Origin: Octopus vulgaris
Taxonomy: Eukaryota
Assembly (NCBI GenBank): GCA_951406725.2
Contig: OX597815.1
Location: 33,046,001-33,110,000, forward strand
Length of the DNA: 64,000 nucleotides
Direction of reading: 5' to 3'
Shown here piece by piece: positions 1 through 12,798 of the stretch. Each line of letters starts with the position of its first letter. Position 1 is the first letter of the stretch. A program made the position numbers and the translations under genes. The notes beneath the pieces are model-generated. The model was not told the origin of the DNA. It saw only the letters and a list, made by a program, of their open reading frames with translations, and made no database searches.

Positions 1-140
1 GTGTGTGTGTGTGTGTGTGTGTGTGTGAACGTATACAAACATATATGGATAGATTTCCGTAGGTTTCGACAATGAAAATTTAGTTATGTTTTCTGATCAA
101 CTAATTACCTGTTTATCCAATTAGAGAGTAAGGAGATGTA

Positions 141-1416
141 TTGGGTTGTCCGGAAAGTTCGTGCCGATTTATAGTAGCTTACATTTCAACTTATTTTAGA
201 ATATGGTTGAGTCCATAAAATAGGATTTGACTACACCTCCATTTAGAGCACAGTTTAAGCTATCTTTTCGTGGAAGAAGGTTTATGTTCCTATAACCTGT
301 GTTAATTCTGTAACCCTTTAAAATGGAAAATACGAATGTTCATTATTGGCACTTGATGCTTTTTTTTTTCCGTAAAGGAAAAAATGCCCCACAAGCAACC
401 AAAGAAATATGCGCAGTTTATGGTGATGTTTCGTTATCCGAAAGAACTCTACAGAAGTGGTTCGCAAGGTTCCGACCTGGAGATTGTAGCCTTATTGATA
501 AAGAGCGATCAGGAAGACCATCCACTTCAGATGATGAACAAATCAAGTCATTAACTGAGAATAACCCACATTGCACAACCCGAGAATTGGCAGAAAGCCT
601 CAACCTATCAAAATCCGTCGTTCATGAACACCTGGTAAAGCTTGAGTACACAATTCGCTTCGATGTTTGGGTACCTCATGAGTTGAGTGAGAAGACCCTT
701 TTGGATCACATTTCCATCTGTGATTCGCTTTATAAGCGGAATGAAAACGCGCCTTTTTTTTAAAGCAAATTGTGACAAGGGATGAAAAATGGATTATCTC
801 CCGAAATGTTCAGAGAAAGCGATCCTGGAGTAAGCGACATGAGCCACCCCAAAAGCGGGTCTTCACCGTAAAAAAGTCTTGCTTTGTGTCTGGTGGGATT
901 GGAAAGGAATTCTGTACTATGAGCTTCTTCCAAGTAACCAGACAATTAATTCTGAGAAATACTGCACACAACTGGACGAGTTAAAAGCAGCAATTCAAGA
1001 GAAACGTCCAGAATTGGCCAACAGGAAGGGTATTGTTTTCCAACATGATAATGCAAAACCGCAGGTTTCTTTGGGAACCAGACAAAAATTGCTGCAGATC
1101 GGCTGGGATGTGTTTCCCCACCCTCCATATTCACCAGGCATTGCTCCTTCGGATTTCCACTTATTCAGGTCTCTGCAGAATAGTCTTAATGGTAAAAAAT
1201 TTCAATTCCTTGGATGATGTAAAAAGATACCTTGATGAATTCTTTGCCATGAAACCACCTCAATTCTGGGAGAGGATATTTTCAAGTTAAAGGAAAGATG
1301 GAGATGCATTGTGCAACAAAGTGGTTCACATTTGGTTGATTAAAAATGTAATGGCAAGTATTTATTGACCTTTTTCTTTCCTTTAAAAATCGACACGAAC
1401 TTTCTGGACAACCCAA
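141..1416 (+). mobile_element. Full-length mariner (DD34D) DNA transposon with frameshifted transposase
   Basis: 30-bp TIRs ttgggttgtccggaaagttcgtgccgattt (141-170) and aaatcgacacgaactttctggacaacccaa (1387-1416), 2 mismatches, TA on both sides. ORF pieces carry RSGRP, WVPHEL, TRDEKW, HDNA and YSPGIAPSDFHLF motifs. Confidence 0.95.
323..1345 (+). pseudogene. Mariner transposase pseudogene split over frames 323-763, 772-984, 879-1217 and 1033-1290
   Basis: HTH plus catalytic-domain motifs, interrupted by at least three frameshifts. Confidence 0.9.
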
Positions 1417-1808
1417 TATATTCAAGATAGACGTGCACTCTTAACACACTTCTAAGCTAGGATCAGCGCGATACATTGTGTAACAATGATATACTTTTGA
1501 ATTACTTGTTCAATCTCTCCGACGTGTTTTTGTATAGTTTCTGCCTACCAAAATACACTCGTAAGATATGGACCGATCTAAAGCCATAGAAAATAGCATT
1601 TGAATCAAAATACGACGCAGTGGGATCAAACCCGGTACCACATTGCCGCAAAACAAACTTCGTAACCATTTAGTCATACATTTATTGAGACAAGTATTGT
1701 TGTTATTGTGATATTTACGTTGCTGTTTGTGCGTTCTCTTATTGGCTTGTTGTTTGGTGTAATTTTATGCGCTCCGGCATTTCAGTGTTATCTCCGACTG
1801 CAGTTCTA

Positions 1809-2823
1809 TTAGGCCGAGTAAAAAGTAAGCAACCTTTTCAAACATGAAATTCATCACGATATATTTCAACAATGCAGAAATTTTATTCATCAATGTAAGT
1901 ACCATTACAATCAACACACTTTTGCTAACGTGTTACATGTTTGTTTATTCGATAACAGAAAAGTCTGGAGCTCTTGAGCTGATGAACTCTTTGAACACAC
2001 TTTCAGCATCGGTTTGATTTTTGAACCCTTTCTCTCACAAGAAACCGCAAAGGTGCTCGATAAAGTGGTAGTCAGTACGAGAGAGTTCTGGGGAATAAGC
2101 GGGTGAGGAAGAACTTCGTAGCCAAGTTCCCTCAACTTCTGGAACGTCATTAGTGAAACATGTGGTCGAGCATTGTCATGAAGAATGATTGGTCCTCTTC
2201 TGTTCCCCATCCTGGGACGAAGGAGTACCAATTTTTAGTTCATTTTGGCAATTTCATAGCAATATGCTTTTGCAATAATGTTTTTTCCGGGTTTTTAATA
2301 AGTTATAGTGGATGAGTCCAGCAGTACACCACCAAACGGTCACCATAATCTTCGTTTTGAAAAGCTCGGGTTTAGAGAAGGTTTTCGATACTTCATTTTG
2401 GTTCAACCACTGCGAAGAAACGCTTTTTATTATTGCACAGAATCCACTTTTCATCGCAAGTTACAATACGGTGGAGAAATGGATCGGTCTGGTTACGAAG
2501 AAGCGACGAGCAAATTTCATATCTGCGCATTTTCCGATTTTCATATAAATTGTGTGGTACCCATTTGTCGAGCTTTTTTGATTTTCCGATCGTATGCAAA
2601 TGGTTGCTGGTGGTTTTCTGGCTAACACGAAGCTCTTTTGCCAGTTCTCGAGTGGTTTTACGCGGATCTTTCTCAACGACGGTCTTTAATTGACCGTCAT
2701 CGATGGCAGATGGGCGCCCACTACGCTCACGATCTTCAAGGCTCAGCTCTACACTGCGAAATTGTTTAAATCATTTTCGAGCTGACTACTCACTGATCGT
2801 TTCCTCACCAAACGTTTGATTGC
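1809..2823 (-). mobile_element. Degraded mariner, 5' end truncated at a LINE insertion
   Basis: Minus-strand pieces RERSGRPS, KKLDKWVPHNL, IVTCDEKWI, IMVTVWW and [12 protein letters not shown]-like ttaggccgagtaaaaagtaagcaacc follows TA at 1807-1808. Confidence 0.88.
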
Positions 2824-3945
2824 TTTTTTTATTACCTATTACAGGCGCACATAGAGGGGACAATACAATATGATCTGGGTGTCATATACAACAGATGGTA
2901 TAAAAATTTATAATGACAAAATGAAAAAAAAAATCGAATGGGACACAAAAGACAATAACATACAATGAAAGACAATACGGAGTTTAAAAGACAGGTATGC
3001 TCCGACCCCACGAGCCCTGTCTTCTCAACCGACACCTTTGGTAACCTCTATGACGTGCTCACGCAGGGCCTTTCACTCCCACCATACGTGTTACACGCTT
3101 CCATCTTTTTTTGAACATGCACCTCCTTTCTTGCCCCACCTTCTTTTTCAAGTGAAAAGTGAAAACATTCACCAAAGTAAGGCCGGACACAAAGCTGTCT
3201 GTCACAGTACCTTTCATTCTCGACTTGCATATCACCTCTCTCGCAATTGCTACTACAACGAGAAAACAATTCTTACCTTCTTCCATAAGGAAATCCGGTG
3301 GGTTAATTTTTAGAATTGACTCAGACGACAGCTCTACTCTTCTCCCATCTGACAACAGGTGTTCTGCATAAGTCCACACTTTTGATATACCCGGACACTA
3401 AACAATAGCGTGCGGAACCGTTTCCACATCCCGCCAGCACCATGGACAGGCCGACAGCCCAGGGTGGGCATGTCTGGTGAGCTTATCCCGAATGGGTAGG
3501 ATTCCTCGGTAATACTGCCAGGCCAAAGACTTTTGGAAGTTATCCAATGTTTTCGGCCCGAATGTTCTTCGGAACAATCTGTCTAACTGATTGTCATCGA
3601 GACCCAGGGTCCTTTCCAGGGCATCATCATTTCCTGCCTCTACCAACCTACTATAGTAAGCCGCGGTGGTACCGAAACCGCAGGCTTTACTCGAGTTGCG
3701 GAACTCTGTGTACCAGGTACCCAACCTCAATCTTCGACGAAACCAGTTTTATCTACCACCAAAACTAGTAAAGCTAGGGAAGAACCATTTAGCGAGCGGA
3801 GACCACACCCGTTCACCATCCAGGTAGAGCCAGAGATGCCTCAACCTCAGCACATGCTTGCACATCAACAGCCAAGGCATCCCTACCCACCCTTTAACGG
3901 CTTTTGACAGCAAATAGAACGTCTAACAAGTGGAGTGGATAATAA
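2824..3945 (-). mobile_element. 5'-truncated L1/Tx1-clade LINE (ORF2 C-terminus and 3' UTR)
   Basis: Minus-strand GGVGMP-like motif, then zf-RVT SLAWQYYRGILPIRDKL..CPWC..VETVPHAIV. A-rich tail at about 2824-2835 abuts the mariner sequence. Confidence 0.8.
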
Positions 3946-6031
3946 ATGGAGGCTAGGGTTGCTAACAAAATACAGTAAGACTTTATACTTTTTCTTTTAT
4001 TCCCTTGCCAAAGATACAGTAAAGTGGTCTCAGGTTTGCGAAGAAGGCTTACAGTGATAAAAATCAGCTGAAACGAAAAACAAAAGTTTGCCATGCGTGT
4101 TTCTGTTAATCCGAACGACTCTCAGGAAGAGTTGCAGTCAGCTCAGTCAATAGAACAACATCGGTTTATTAAACAGCTGCACTGAGGATGAGGGTTTTCG
4201 GTTAATTTATTTTATAGTTAATGCGGTTAAGTTTGCTTTGCAACTACGTGGTTTCGGGTTTTGTGCGTTTGTGCGTTCTTATTTTTCTAAACTTTATAAA
4301 TACTTTTAGATGCTATCAATGCTAAATTTTTCCCCATCTTAACAAATCGTAATCATGGCTGTATGGTTAAGCAACCACGTTCCTTCGAGTTCAGTCCAGC
4401 TGCATGACACAATGGGCAATGTGTTTCACTAGTACGATTGTCCTTATAGACATAAGAAACAACAGCATTTTGTTAGGACAACTTGCATTTCTATTAACAT
4501 GCTTACCATTACGACAGTACTACAGATTACGTTGATGAACATGGTACCAAACAATATATCCATGCTATGGATCTATCTCTTTTCGGTGGACAAGAGTAGG
4601 CAATTACAAATTTATAGCTTTACAATTCCATTATATAGTAGAACTACTTTCCGCCTCTTCGCAATGAATCAATGAAGAAGCACAAGTCAGATACTACACG
4701 AATCTGAGACAAGTTTCTCCAAGAGTTCATTAATGCCATTGCAAACAATGCAATAACAATAGCCTAATGATTTAAGGCATGTTACCAAATTAAAATTTAA
4801 CATTTTGGTTATGCAAATTGTTTTTCTTTAGTTCCGAGAACACTATGTTCCTTTAGACAGCGATAAATATCTAATATGATTATTCAAACATTCTTGGTTA
4901 AATAATCTTAACTCCAAATTTTCTTCAAATATGTATTCAAGATCTACAGAAAGCCCAACATTTCAACCAATTGAATCTTATTACTCTCTGTTCCCTCATA
5001 TATCGAAGCTAGTCTATCATTTGGAGGAAAGGAAATAAACATTATTTCATCACGTTTGACTGATTCACAGGCTGAATGCAAGTTTGGATAGCTAGTCTTG
5101 TGTTTGTTCTTAACAGAAAATCCATTTATGTTAACATTACAAAGATATTTTGTTGTGTCTGGAGAGAGTCATTCTGCTTTAATGCCTTATTAATTAACAC
5201 ACTCACCGGTTTAGTTTTAACAGATAGATTTACAAGTCTTACGTCAAACTTTTATTGAAAATTTTCAGCATGTCTCTATCTCTGCATACTTCAAATCTCT
5301 CCTTAGCGTTGCGAAACACATTTTGAAGCATAACTCCTGCATTGCTAACCGAATGTGTTCTTTAAGCTCAGCTAAACTATTGCTCCATCTTGGGGAAGAT
5401 TGCTGCTAAATTGAAAAAAAGCTGTCATGGACAAATAAAAGGGATCCAACAAGAATGAAAATAAAATTATAAACAAAATTCAAAATTTATACACTTTTAA
5501 CATATTAAACATGATAAACATAAATAAAAGCGAGTTTTAAAAAATGCACCCGATTTCACGCAAGTCATCAGTAATTCTGGGACACCTATTTACTCGTCCG
5601 ACTAAACGTGATGGGGAACACATGTGGCGGGGAGGGGACTAATTCCAGGAGGCGAGCGTAGCTTCCGGAAGTGGTCACGCGGTTAAACTCAAATGGCTGT
5701 GAGTCACAACAGAAGTTGTTTTTTTTATTTTTTGTATGAACATTTTACATTATATAGTTCGGATATGGATGACAGAAAGCAGACATGCTGCCGGGCCATG
5801 CTGCATTGCGCAGGACTTGGAACGTGAAACATCAACAGCGCACTTCTGGAGAATGGATGAATGGGTTTGTTGTGCCTTTACCCAGCTGCACCGACACGCA
5901 CATGGCCCGGTGGTGCGCAGGGTGGTAACATGAAGCATCAACAGGGCACCAACAAAAATGTTCTTCTCATTTCCTCTGCCAAACTGGACAAAAACGTTTT
6001 CATGAAATATACGCTACTTATAATGCATAAG

Positions 6032-6325
6032 GGGAGGCGCAATGGTCCAGTGGTTAAGGCAGCGGACTCTCGGTCGTAGGATCGCGGTTTCGATTCCCAG
6101 ACCGTGTGTTGTGAGTGTTTATTGAGCGAAAACACCTAAATCTCCACGAGACTCCGGCAGGGAGTGGTGGCGATCCCTGCTGTACTCTTTCACCACAACC
6201 TTCTCTCTCTCTTTCTTCTGTTGGCCTGCTTGCTTAACCAGTGGAGTGGCGTCATTTGAAGGCTAAAACTATGCGAAGCGCATTGTGACCATCTGATAGC
6301 CTGGTCGGTCACGGTGATCACGGTG
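6032..6325 (+). mobile_element. tRNA-derived SINE (head shared with 62328-62714)
   Basis: A box (tggtccagtgg) and B box (ggtttcgattccc). 12-bp TSD ataatRcataag at 6020-6031 and 6326-6337. Confidence 0.85.
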
Positions 6326-6569
6326 ATAATACATAAGTAGTGTCAATATTTTATCGTCGGAAAATGACCTAAAACAAAGATAACACCAACTGCAATATAT
6401 TCAAATCTGATTAATCTGCATTTCTTTGGTGGTGGAGGCATAGTCGGTGTCGGAAATTCTTTTAGTCAACAGCAATTCGATATTTGTAGCAAATTTGTAA
6501 ATTGATTCCACCGACTGATGATACAAGCCTCCGTCTTTAGGGAACAAATCTTACATTTCAGGTGATGAC

Positions 6570-6665
6570 GTATGTATGTATGTATGTATGTATGTATGTA
6601 TGTATGTATGTATGTATGTATATATGTATGTATGTATGTATGTATGTACGTATGTATGTATGCAT
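6570..6665. repeat. (GTAT)n microsatellite
   Basis: Directly visible. Confidence 0.95.
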
Positions 6666-6990
6666 GCGTGCATGTATAGAGCTAAATCAGTCATAAATTA
6701 TGATAATATATATACTGGCAAATGGTTTTAGCCAAACCGCCGGCCGTTTAAGTAGTCACTACCAATGATGCCTACGAAATAAGCCAAAATAGTATAGACT
6801 GGTGATTTTAGAGACGGTCATGGGATGGTTACCTCCCCTATCAGTGTATATATATTGCACTCTTCTGACAGTGTTAAGAGTTTTTAACTCGTACTAGCGA
6901 TGTAGCTGCTTCGACACCCTCAGTTACATTTAGCAACGAAAAGTTTTTCCTTTATGATATTACATTGCGCCTAGCTATTTATATTAATTT

Positions 6991-7035
<45 letters not shown>

Positions 7036-9592
7036 TATGTCATACTTAACGTGGATATACTGTAAAAAAAGCTACAACACTGTAGTATTTGTCACGAGAA
7101 AGCTTTTCGTATAGACTTGTAGTGCTAAAAAGAGCAAAAGTGAATCAGCAGCACTCGGAAAGTGTCCAGCAGGTGTGGTGAAATTGTTAAATATGGGATT
7201 TCTGCGTATTTACACGTTATCGCTGGCCTCTTGTTTAAATCTCGTTTCTACTGAATTAGAAAACAGTGAAGTGCTGAGATCGTCTATTAATACCGAGTTA
7301 TGTCAGCTGTTCTCGCCAATTCACTTGACGACCAAAACCTGTCCCATATAACATTTTCTATATTTTCTGATATAACAAATAATGGATCTTATTGGAGTAA
7401 TCTCCTTTTTCTGTCCGTTTAAATTTAAAGACCTCTATAGGAAGTTTTAGTTTACTACTTTTATCAAGAATTTCAGTTAATCAAAGTTTTTGAACTCATT
7501 ATATCCTCACTATATTACATATGGAGAACCTTACACATATAATATACCTTATAGCATTAAGTCTACTGTCTCATCCATATCCACTGCTGTAAGTAATAAT
7601 GAATAATGAATACGTAAATAGATCCACAGGCTATTTTCATCGAGGTATGCTGAAAATGAAATGAAGAAAATAAAAACTAAAACTTTCCCCTTCAAGCAAT
7701 GTCCTTTCTACCGAACAGTTTAAACGTGTATTTAAATATTTCCAATGCAATGCACGTAGCAAGGCGAATTACCATCGTAATCTTTTCTGGAAATCATAAC
7801 TGAAGATTACCTCAATTTGCATTGGTTGAATGTGGAGAGAGATGCATCCGTTTACAAATTAAGCTGGAACATTCACCGTAAGCAAGTTAGCAGGACGAAA
7901 GTACGTATTCACGACTGATATTGTTCTTATATGGCACTTCTAACAATCTTTCAATCTTTCTTGTTACAATGGATTATATGACTCAACCAAATGCTGTTCA
8001 AGCAATCTAGCTGCATATTATATTAGAGTGGCTTAGAGAAGCTTGATAAAATCTTTGATAATGGATATTTTCTGCTGTAACTAAAATCATTTCACAAATT
8101 CTAGTCAATCAAACCATATTTTGATTCACTGTTATAGACATTTTGCTTTAGGTGTGTTACAAGTGTCATTGAGGGAGATATTGAAGTAACACTTCCTATA
8201 TGTCATTGATTTAACATCAATAGATCTAAGTCCTTATTGAACCCCAGATTATGAATAATGAAGCATTTGATGTTTGACTATATTACTTGCTTTTGAAGTA
8301 ATTAAATATTTTACCAACTTACATTAAACAAATAACTTGCCGCTTAAAACACTATAACATCTTTAACATTTTTTGTTGTGTCTTGACCTTGGAACGAGAG
8401 GGGAAAAGTTACTGAAAAGGTCTCGAACAGTGACGAAAGGACTTTGACTTGCAAACAATGAATTGATTGTTTAATCAGCACGTGATGCAAACTATCGATT
8501 TATTAGTTGTATAGATATTTAACCATTTGACCAACAACAAAGAAGTGGAATTGAACAAGTGCGTGCGTAATGATTCTCCCAAATTACAACAAAATTTGTT
8601 CTAACAAACAAATTCACATCAAGAATCTCGCAAACCAAATACAAAGCTCTTTAACATCTTAACATCTTAAACGTTACATCTTAAAACTCACACATTGAGT
8701 GTTTAATGATTTAAGAACTAAAAATATGAAAAAGCGCTTCCTAAGATATTTGCGACAGTAATAATGAAAAAGACTGCTTACTCATATGGTTTCCATGTCT
8801 GGTGGGTTATATATATACATTACTTTTAGTGTAACTTTCGTTGTCGATATATCGACGCTTTTCAACCAGTAAAGAGATGATTTTGTGAAGCAAATTGATG
8901 ACTTTGATAACTCAAGCAAATATTTTTGCGCATTTCTCATTCTTTATAGGAGAGTCGAAAAAAATCAGTTAACATTTTTTCAAGTACAAGTATGTTATAT
9001 TTTGATATATTTTGATATATTTTGATATTTACAATTAATTCATCAAATCAATATAGCAATCACTGACCGAATGTTCTCAGAGAATATAGATATTTTATTA
9101 AAAATAAGAAACAAAAAATCAGATTATTTAGTTTGGCAATATTGTATTAACCGAAAGCCTAAACTCATTCAAAAGATTATAGAAGCGAATTATTAAAATC
9201 TCTTTTATAGGGAATTTTTCAGGGATTCTGAAATTAGTATGGAAAATGGGAGAGTGAGACTACAGTTCAAAGTTTGATATTCATCCTGATTGATTGCAAC
9301 ATAGTGGATCCCGCTAAAGGCAACCAGCAGTCAGGCGGTGATATTAAATAGGATCTATCCAATCACTAACGTAGACTAGGAAGTTGGTTTCTGCATAGTT
9401 TCCGTCTATCAAATTTCACTCGCAAGGCTTGAATCAATCTGAAGCTAGGGCAAAATAGCAGCAGGACTGAGCCTAGTCTCACATGTTTATGAAACGAACT
9501 TCTTAATCTAACGATCATGCTGCACGCTAAAGGTTGAAAATATAACCCTGTGGCAGAAACTAACATCACTTGTGACGTAAACCTTTATTATC

Positions 9593-9823
9593 TGTTTCTT
9601 TATTGCCCACAAGGGGCTAAACATAGAGGGGACAAACAAGGACAGACAAACGGATTAAGTCGATTACATCGACCCCAGTGCGTAACTGGTACTTAATTTA
9701 TCGACCCCGAAAGGATGAAAGGCAAAGTCGACCTCGGCGGAATTTGAACTCTGAACGCAACGACAGACGCAATACCGCTAAGCATTTCGCCCGGTGTGCT
9801 AACGTTTCTGCCAGCTCGCCGCC
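9593..9823 (-). mobile_element. SINE with Meta/MESC-like central domain
   Basis: Minus strand ggcggcgagctggcag..gagttcaaattcc..gcctttcatcctttcggggtcgataaattaagtacc, flanked by tttattatc on both sides. Other copies at 33984-34363, 41229-41456 and 22805-22930. Confidence 0.85.
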
Positions 9824-10264
9824 TTTATTATCACTTGCCCATATTTTACTACTTAACGACAAACCTAAACACTCTCTATTTCCTATGATTTTCTGTCCTT
9901 TATCTTTTATCTTTCTTGTATTTTACTCAATTCTTTGTTTCATTTTTTTCTCATTATTTCGAATAATAATGACCCCCGCCTATATTATGTCCCTAAAATA
10001 ACTATAACCAACAAAAGCACTTGCATCTTTAGAGCCTTTACATAATACATATTTGAATGTCTCTCAACCGCGTTTGTTTAAGCTAAACCAACTTCTCTCC
10101 CTAAATTCTATATTTGGACAATTATCTATGATACGACACATACACATCCACACACGCATATATAACGTTTATTTCAATGTAGCTTTAACGATCAACTTTA
10201 TATCAATTTTATTGTTCCCTTTTATGAAACAAGGATTAGATATTCTATTACTTTTACTTGAAAA

Positions 10265-10521
10265 AAATAAATGCGCCCTTTTAAAGCCTAGCCAGGCTCA
10301 TGGGCCCGGTTTCCCGGTTTCTATGGTGTATGTGTTCCCCAGCTGGACGGGACGCCAGTCTATCGCAGCGTTACTAATCATTTTTGCCAGCTGAGTGGAC
10401 TGGAGCAACGAGAAATGAAGTGTTTTGCTCAAGAACACAATGCGTCGCCCGGTCCAGGAATCGAAACCACAATCTTACGATCATGGTGCTGACACCCTAA
10501 CCACTAAGCCACGTGCCTCCA
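10265..10521 (-). mobile_element. tRNA-derived SINE with V-domain-like body
   Basis: Minus strand tggcttagtggttagg..ggtttcgattcc..ctgcgatagactggcgtcccgtccag. Diverged copies near 15470-15715, 19060-19220 and 38125-38370. Confidence 0.75.
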
Positions 10522-11654
10522 CTTTACTTTTACTTAGCTATTTCGAAATTTCTTCTTCCTATGTCAACTTCCTCCTCGTATACTACTATCTTTGCTTTAG
10601 TTATTACCTGTGTATTTGTTTTGTTTTTACTAAGCTCCAACTCAACACCCACCAAAGACACCCATGAACAAAAGATGAGCATCCGCGTTTTCTTCAAACG
10701 TAATGCATCTAAGGCTAGAATCTCAAATGTATTATTTTTATTAGGCGACAACGTATAATGTAAGGGAGATTTTGATGTTGTTTCTAGAAGTTAGTGCGAA
10801 TACTTCAAGGATCTCTGGTTCGAGTTTGTTAATCTTCTTGTGGCGTTGCTGCCATTAATGTAGATGTCAATGTTACTATGCCGTGGTCACTACAGCTACT
10901 GTCGTTATCGCTTTTGTTGAGATGATTACTTTTGTAATAGGATACATAAAAGATTGTTGTCTGTTTGTCAGATTGTTATTATTTTCTAAAACCGTAGTGA
11001 AGTGTAAAGCAGATGTGTAAAGAGAGAGGAAGGAGGAGTGATAGAAAGAAGTTGATAAAAAGAGATAGAGATGTATACATATATATGTATATTTGTATGC
11101 ATGAGTATATGTGTGTGCATATATATAATGTGTGTGTGTGTGTAAGTATTTATGTATTTATACGCATAGGCCAAATGTGTTACTCTGTCACGTGATGGTT
11201 AGTTGAAGGGAGAGACGAAGAGCAAGAGGAGAAGTGGGAGAGAGAAGTTTATTAATGACTTTCAGGGACGCGGAATTTCGTTATACAACCATAATATACT
11301 GTAAAATATATTAAAGGATTTTATAAGTCAATACCGTGTTCTATTGCACTAGCAGCATACTTTACATTACTTGTTACGGTTATCTCTACGGATATTCTAT
11401 AGAAATTAGAGCCAGCACTTTTTTTTGTTACGACGTTTCGTCTCCGTGACGCCAGATGTAAACAAAAATGAGCTTGAAAATGAAAAAGAGCAATGGGCAT
11501 ATATGCCATATATCGGGAGATTTTGCTTCTTCATCATGTGCTAACGATTCTGCTAGCTCGCGGCCTTAATAATAATGATGTTAATACTGATGATACTCTA
11601 TACATGACGATGTTAAACCACTTATAAGCAAATTAAAGTGTATACTTTAAAAAT

Positions 11655-11939
11655 GTGAATTATTCAAACCCTCAACGAATCCCTCTCAACACATGGCCAT
11701 GATGTTCCCCCACTACTTCTGCTCGTGATCAGAGATGCACATATCGTCAGCCACTAAGGGACATGCTCAACTGGTTAAGGTCAGACAATTGACAAGCAAA
11801 TCTGTAAACGGCTGCATCTTTCTTTACATTCAACCAATGCAAATTGAAGTAATCTTCAGTTATGATTTCCAGAAAAGATTACGATGGTAATTCGCCTTGC
11901 TACGTGCATTGCATTGGAAATATTTAAATACACGTTTAA

Positions 11940-11970
<31 letters not shown>
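11655..11970 (-). repeat. Composite inverted duplication of 12323-12472 joined to an inverted copy of 7719-7856, followed by (TTA)n
   Basis: Reverse-complement matches read by eye. TGT microhomology at 11803-11805. Confidence 0.9.
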
Positions 11971-11971
<1 letters not shown>

Positions 11972-12150
11972 AAATGTGTTTTTAACAAAAATATCTATGG
12001 ACGAAACTCCTTTTCTACCCCAGGGTACATGTTCAAATCTTTCGAAGTCCTTTATAAGTAAAATGGTCCTCACTCAATTGTTTCCATTCAGTGATCTCGG
12101 AAAAAAGTATCTTCACAGTGGTGTTATATGAAAGCACTTGTGTTCAGGAC

Positions 12151-12288
<138 letters not shown>

Positions 12289-12749
12289 TAGATGGGCTAC
12301 AGCAAATATTCTGCTCAATACCACAGATTTGCTTGTCAATTGTCTGACCTTAACCAGTTGACCATGTCTCTTAGTGGCTGACGATATGTGCATCTCTGAT
12401 CATGAGCAGAAGTAGTGGGGGAAATCATGGCCATGTGTTGAGAGGGATTCGTTGAGGGTTTGAATAATTTACCTCTGGAAACATGGGTATTTCGTTCAAC
12501 ATCCTTAAACAACCCTTATTCAGGGACCTTTTGAGTGAGATGGGTTACTCGACCAGAAGAAAATTCTAACTGGGCCCTACCTGCAAGGTCATGTGCTGTT
12601 TATCTTGATATGAGATCACCACGTCGCGCACATATGGTTGTGATGCATGTGCTTAGTGTACCCTTATCAAACGGGTAGACATGATGAGTATACTGGGCTT
12701 CGTATATTTTACCCCAGTGTCACTTTGATGGCATGCACTGCTCTCTCAC

Positions 12750-12751
<2 letters not shown>
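12289..12751 (+). mobile_element. Interspersed element embedded in (AAT)n, probably the 3' part or a non-autonomous partner of an (AAT)n-targeting retroelement
   Basis: About 460 bp of higher-GC sequence with (AAT)n on both sides. No recognisable coding motif. Confidence 0.5.

Positions 12752-12798
<47 letters not shown>

Noticed and set aside
5250-5590. Internally deleted Tc1-like element
   Set aside because: There is a SLAELKEHI-like C-terminal trace and one TIR-like end, but I could not find the matching second TIR.
6032-6105. tRNA gene
   Set aside because: The tRNA-like head continues into a SINE body with TSDs and has no proper acceptor stem; the same holds for the other SINE heads.
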